Assembly: GCA_011364975.1 (NCBI GenBank) | Contig: RDOE01000059.1 | Span: forward strand, 1 to 19,216 | From: Promethearchaeota archaeon | GTDB lineage: Archaea; Asgardarchaeota; Lokiarchaeia; Sigyniarchaeales; SOKP01 | DNA length: 19,216 nt | Reading direction: 5' to 3' | In this document: in pieces, positions 18,439 to 19,216 of the stretch | Layout: every line of letters begins with the position of its first letter | Numbering within the stretch: the first letter of the stretch is position 1 | The notes under the pieces: model-generated | Database searches by the model: none | What the model was told of the DNA's origin: nothing | The model's input: only the letters and a program-made list of their open reading frames with translations | Translations under genes and position numbers: made by a program

Positions 18439-18708
18439 CGTAAATCACAATTATGATTAAAATATATGTATTAAAAAAGGAATTAATGCATTTATTCTTA
18501 ATTATTTATTAAAAATGTAAGGAGGATATAAATTGAAACTTCTCATTCGTGATATTTATAATAAATATTACAAGTCCCTTCCATTGAAACCATACAAGAA
18601 CCAATAGGATTAAGAGGAGTACAAAACAATAAACAAGCAAGTTAGTCCATTTAGCCAACCCATTAAAGATAGTGTAATAAAATATCACCAATTTATGAAA
18701 CTTTTTAA

Positions 18709-19216
18709 TTATTCGGAACTTTTCTTATCTGATTTTCTTCTTCCCTCTTCTGATCCTCCAATTAAAGTTGGCTTAACTGGTTTTGATTTATCAATAGGTT
18801 CGTTACAAACCCAACACATATTTTCTAAATCACTCAATCCTTCCGAACATTTTATACAATACAATGTATCACAACTTGGACAAATATAGCTGACTCCTGA
18901 CACTTTTCCTTTACACACTAAACATATTTTTTGCTCCTTATAATAGGTAACTTCTGCTTCAGTTATTTGAGCAGGGCGTTCTCTTATCCTAAATAAGGAA
19001 TCTTTAATTTTTACTTCCTTTTTAGCAGGTTTTATCTTAATTTTTTCAGGTTCTTCCCTTAAACCTAAATACAAAAAGGGAACGCTACTTGTCATAACTA
19101 ATCTAACGATAACCAATAAATAACTCCCCCCACGGGAAAACAAACCATCAAAAAAGCTACAAATAACGAAAATAAAAAATCCTATTGATATGTATCGACA
19201 TTTTTTTCTTACTACT
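18709..19216 (-). CDS. 3' part of a membrane protein with C-terminal C4C4 RING-like zinc finger (5' end outside window)
   Basis: The frame is open to the window edge (VVRKKCRYISIGFFIFVICSFFDGL...). Two TM helices, a charged linker, then C-x2-C-x10-C-x2-C-x4-C-x2-C-x10-C-x2-C. Confidence 0.8.
   Translation of the reverse strand, partial: VVRKKCRYISIGFFIFVICSFFDGLFSRGGSYLLVIVRLVMTSSVPFLYLGLREEPEKIKIKPAKKEVKIKDSLFRIRERPAQITEAEVTYYKEQKICLVCKGKVSGVSYICPSCDTLYCIKCSEGLSDLENMCWVCNEPIDKSKPVKPTLIGGSEEGRRKSDKKSSE

Noticed and set aside
18509-18691. 60 aa hydrophobic ORF from the track
   Set aside because: Its TTG overlaps the GGTGA SD-like motif rather than following one. The hydrophobicity is explained by T-rich sequence and the overlapping stub in another frame.
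18439-18708. TPP riboswitch upstream of thiC
   Set aside because: No recognisable THI-box core on the minus strand. The region is AT-rich.
309-18889. Short antisense or alternative-frame ORFs inside fwdA, MFS, QueG-like, purF, gapN, hypF and thiC
   Set aside because: They are shadows of well-supported genes and have no recognisable motifs.
1-19216. ATA reassigned to Met (mitochondria-like genetic code)
   Set aside because: Internal ATA occupies Ile-typical positions, e.g. GTA GGT ATA GGT CAT in the PurF VGIGH motif, and one proposed start is ATT. The effect appears specific to initiation.
1-19216. Selenocysteine/pyrrolysine readthrough or SECIS elements
   Set aside because: No recognised gene has an in-frame TGA/TAG at a conserved position. 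The truncations seen are at 5' ends only.
1-19216. CRISPR array, IS/transposase, integrase, tRNA or rRNA
   Set aside because: No regularly spaced repeats, recombinase motifs or GC-rich structured RNA segments were seen.
1-19216. A single co-regulated cofactor-biosynthesis cluster (mobA, purF, hypF, thiC, fwdA)
   Set aside because: Orientations alternate, unrelated genes intervene and no shared operator was seen. The thematic link cannot be supported without synteny data.

Overview
AT-rich archaeal window, most consistent with an Asgard (Lokiarchaeia/Promethearchaeota-like) genome. This is inferred from gene content and protein style, not from a database search. It encodes fwdA, a GPH-family MFS transporter, a QueG/reductive-dehalogenase-like Fe-S protein, mobA, two convergent purF paralogues (one canonical, one lacking the glutaminase Cys1), a bacterial/plant-type gapN, a polyferredoxin-like protein, hypF, a divergent ThiC-family radical SAM enzyme, several membrane proteins, and the 3' end of a membrane protein with a C4C4 RING-like finger. 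No rRNA, tRNA, CRISPR array or mobile element was seen. The main observation is that four genes (QueG-like, mobA, gapN, one membrane protein) are truncated in the ORF track. Their reading frames continue upstream with no ATG/GTG/TTG before the preceding stop codon. Each has an ATA or ATT codon 6-7 nt after a Shine-Dalgarno-like motif, the same spacing seen at the canonical starts here. This suggests routine AUA/AUU translation initiation.
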